Shown: positions 63,954 through 64,000 of the stretch, in pieces
How positions within the stretch are numbered: position 1 is the first letter of the stretch
Layout: every line of letters begins with the position of its first letter
Source of the DNA: a virus
Lineage: Duplodnaviria > Caudoviricetes
Length of the DNA: 64,000 nucleotides
Strand: one strand, 5' to 3'
IMG/VR virus record: IMGVR_UViG_3300021060_000011
Span: 61,104 to 125,103 of that record
Made by a program: the position numbers and the translations under genes
The notes under the pieces: generated by a model
The model's database searches: none
The model's input: the letters and a program-made list of their open reading frames with translations, nothing else
What the model was told of the DNA's origin: nothing

Positions 63954-64000
63954 CTTTCGCCCCCGAAGACCAGAACGGCCTGCGCGAGGCGCTGGCGAGG

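Larger units (their letters stand above)
521..64000. mobile_element. Temperate myovirus-type prophage, probable repABC phage-plasmid
   Basis: Complete head/tail/lysis/immunity/replication modules adjacent to a repBC replicon; no host housekeeping genes seen. Confidence 0.85.

Overview
Almost the whole window is one temperate tailed phage of a high-GC alphaproteobacterium (Methylobacterium/Rhizobiales-like, inferred from repABC, GapR, a CtrA-like domain and GTTC-N7-GTTC LexA boxes). It looks like a repABC phage-plasmid. Left to right: the 3' end of repB, the ctRNA and repC; a LexA-boxed orphan umuD; then a long minus-strand late operon with the lysis cassette, fibres, a Mu-like baseplate and contractile tail, a lambda-like head, terminase and a recognisable cosQ/cosN. 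Next come small ORFs, a Cre-like tyrosine recombinase with its own inverted-repeat site, and a roughly 1.2 kb late-leader region packed with structured RNAs. After that are morons, the replication/early-right operon, the cro/cI switch with five matching operators, and the plus-strand early-left operon (CtrA-like DNA-binding protein, C5 methyltransferase, a mosaic modular protein), which runs off the window end. The most novel-looking element is the late-leader RNA array (about 38.2-39.4 kb). It contains a type I hammerhead ribozyme core, one CCA-ended tRNA mimic with a replaced anticodon arm, two further acceptor-stem RNAs, and a repeated 17-nt hairpin separating the modules. All product calls come from motif recognition by eye; no database searches were run.
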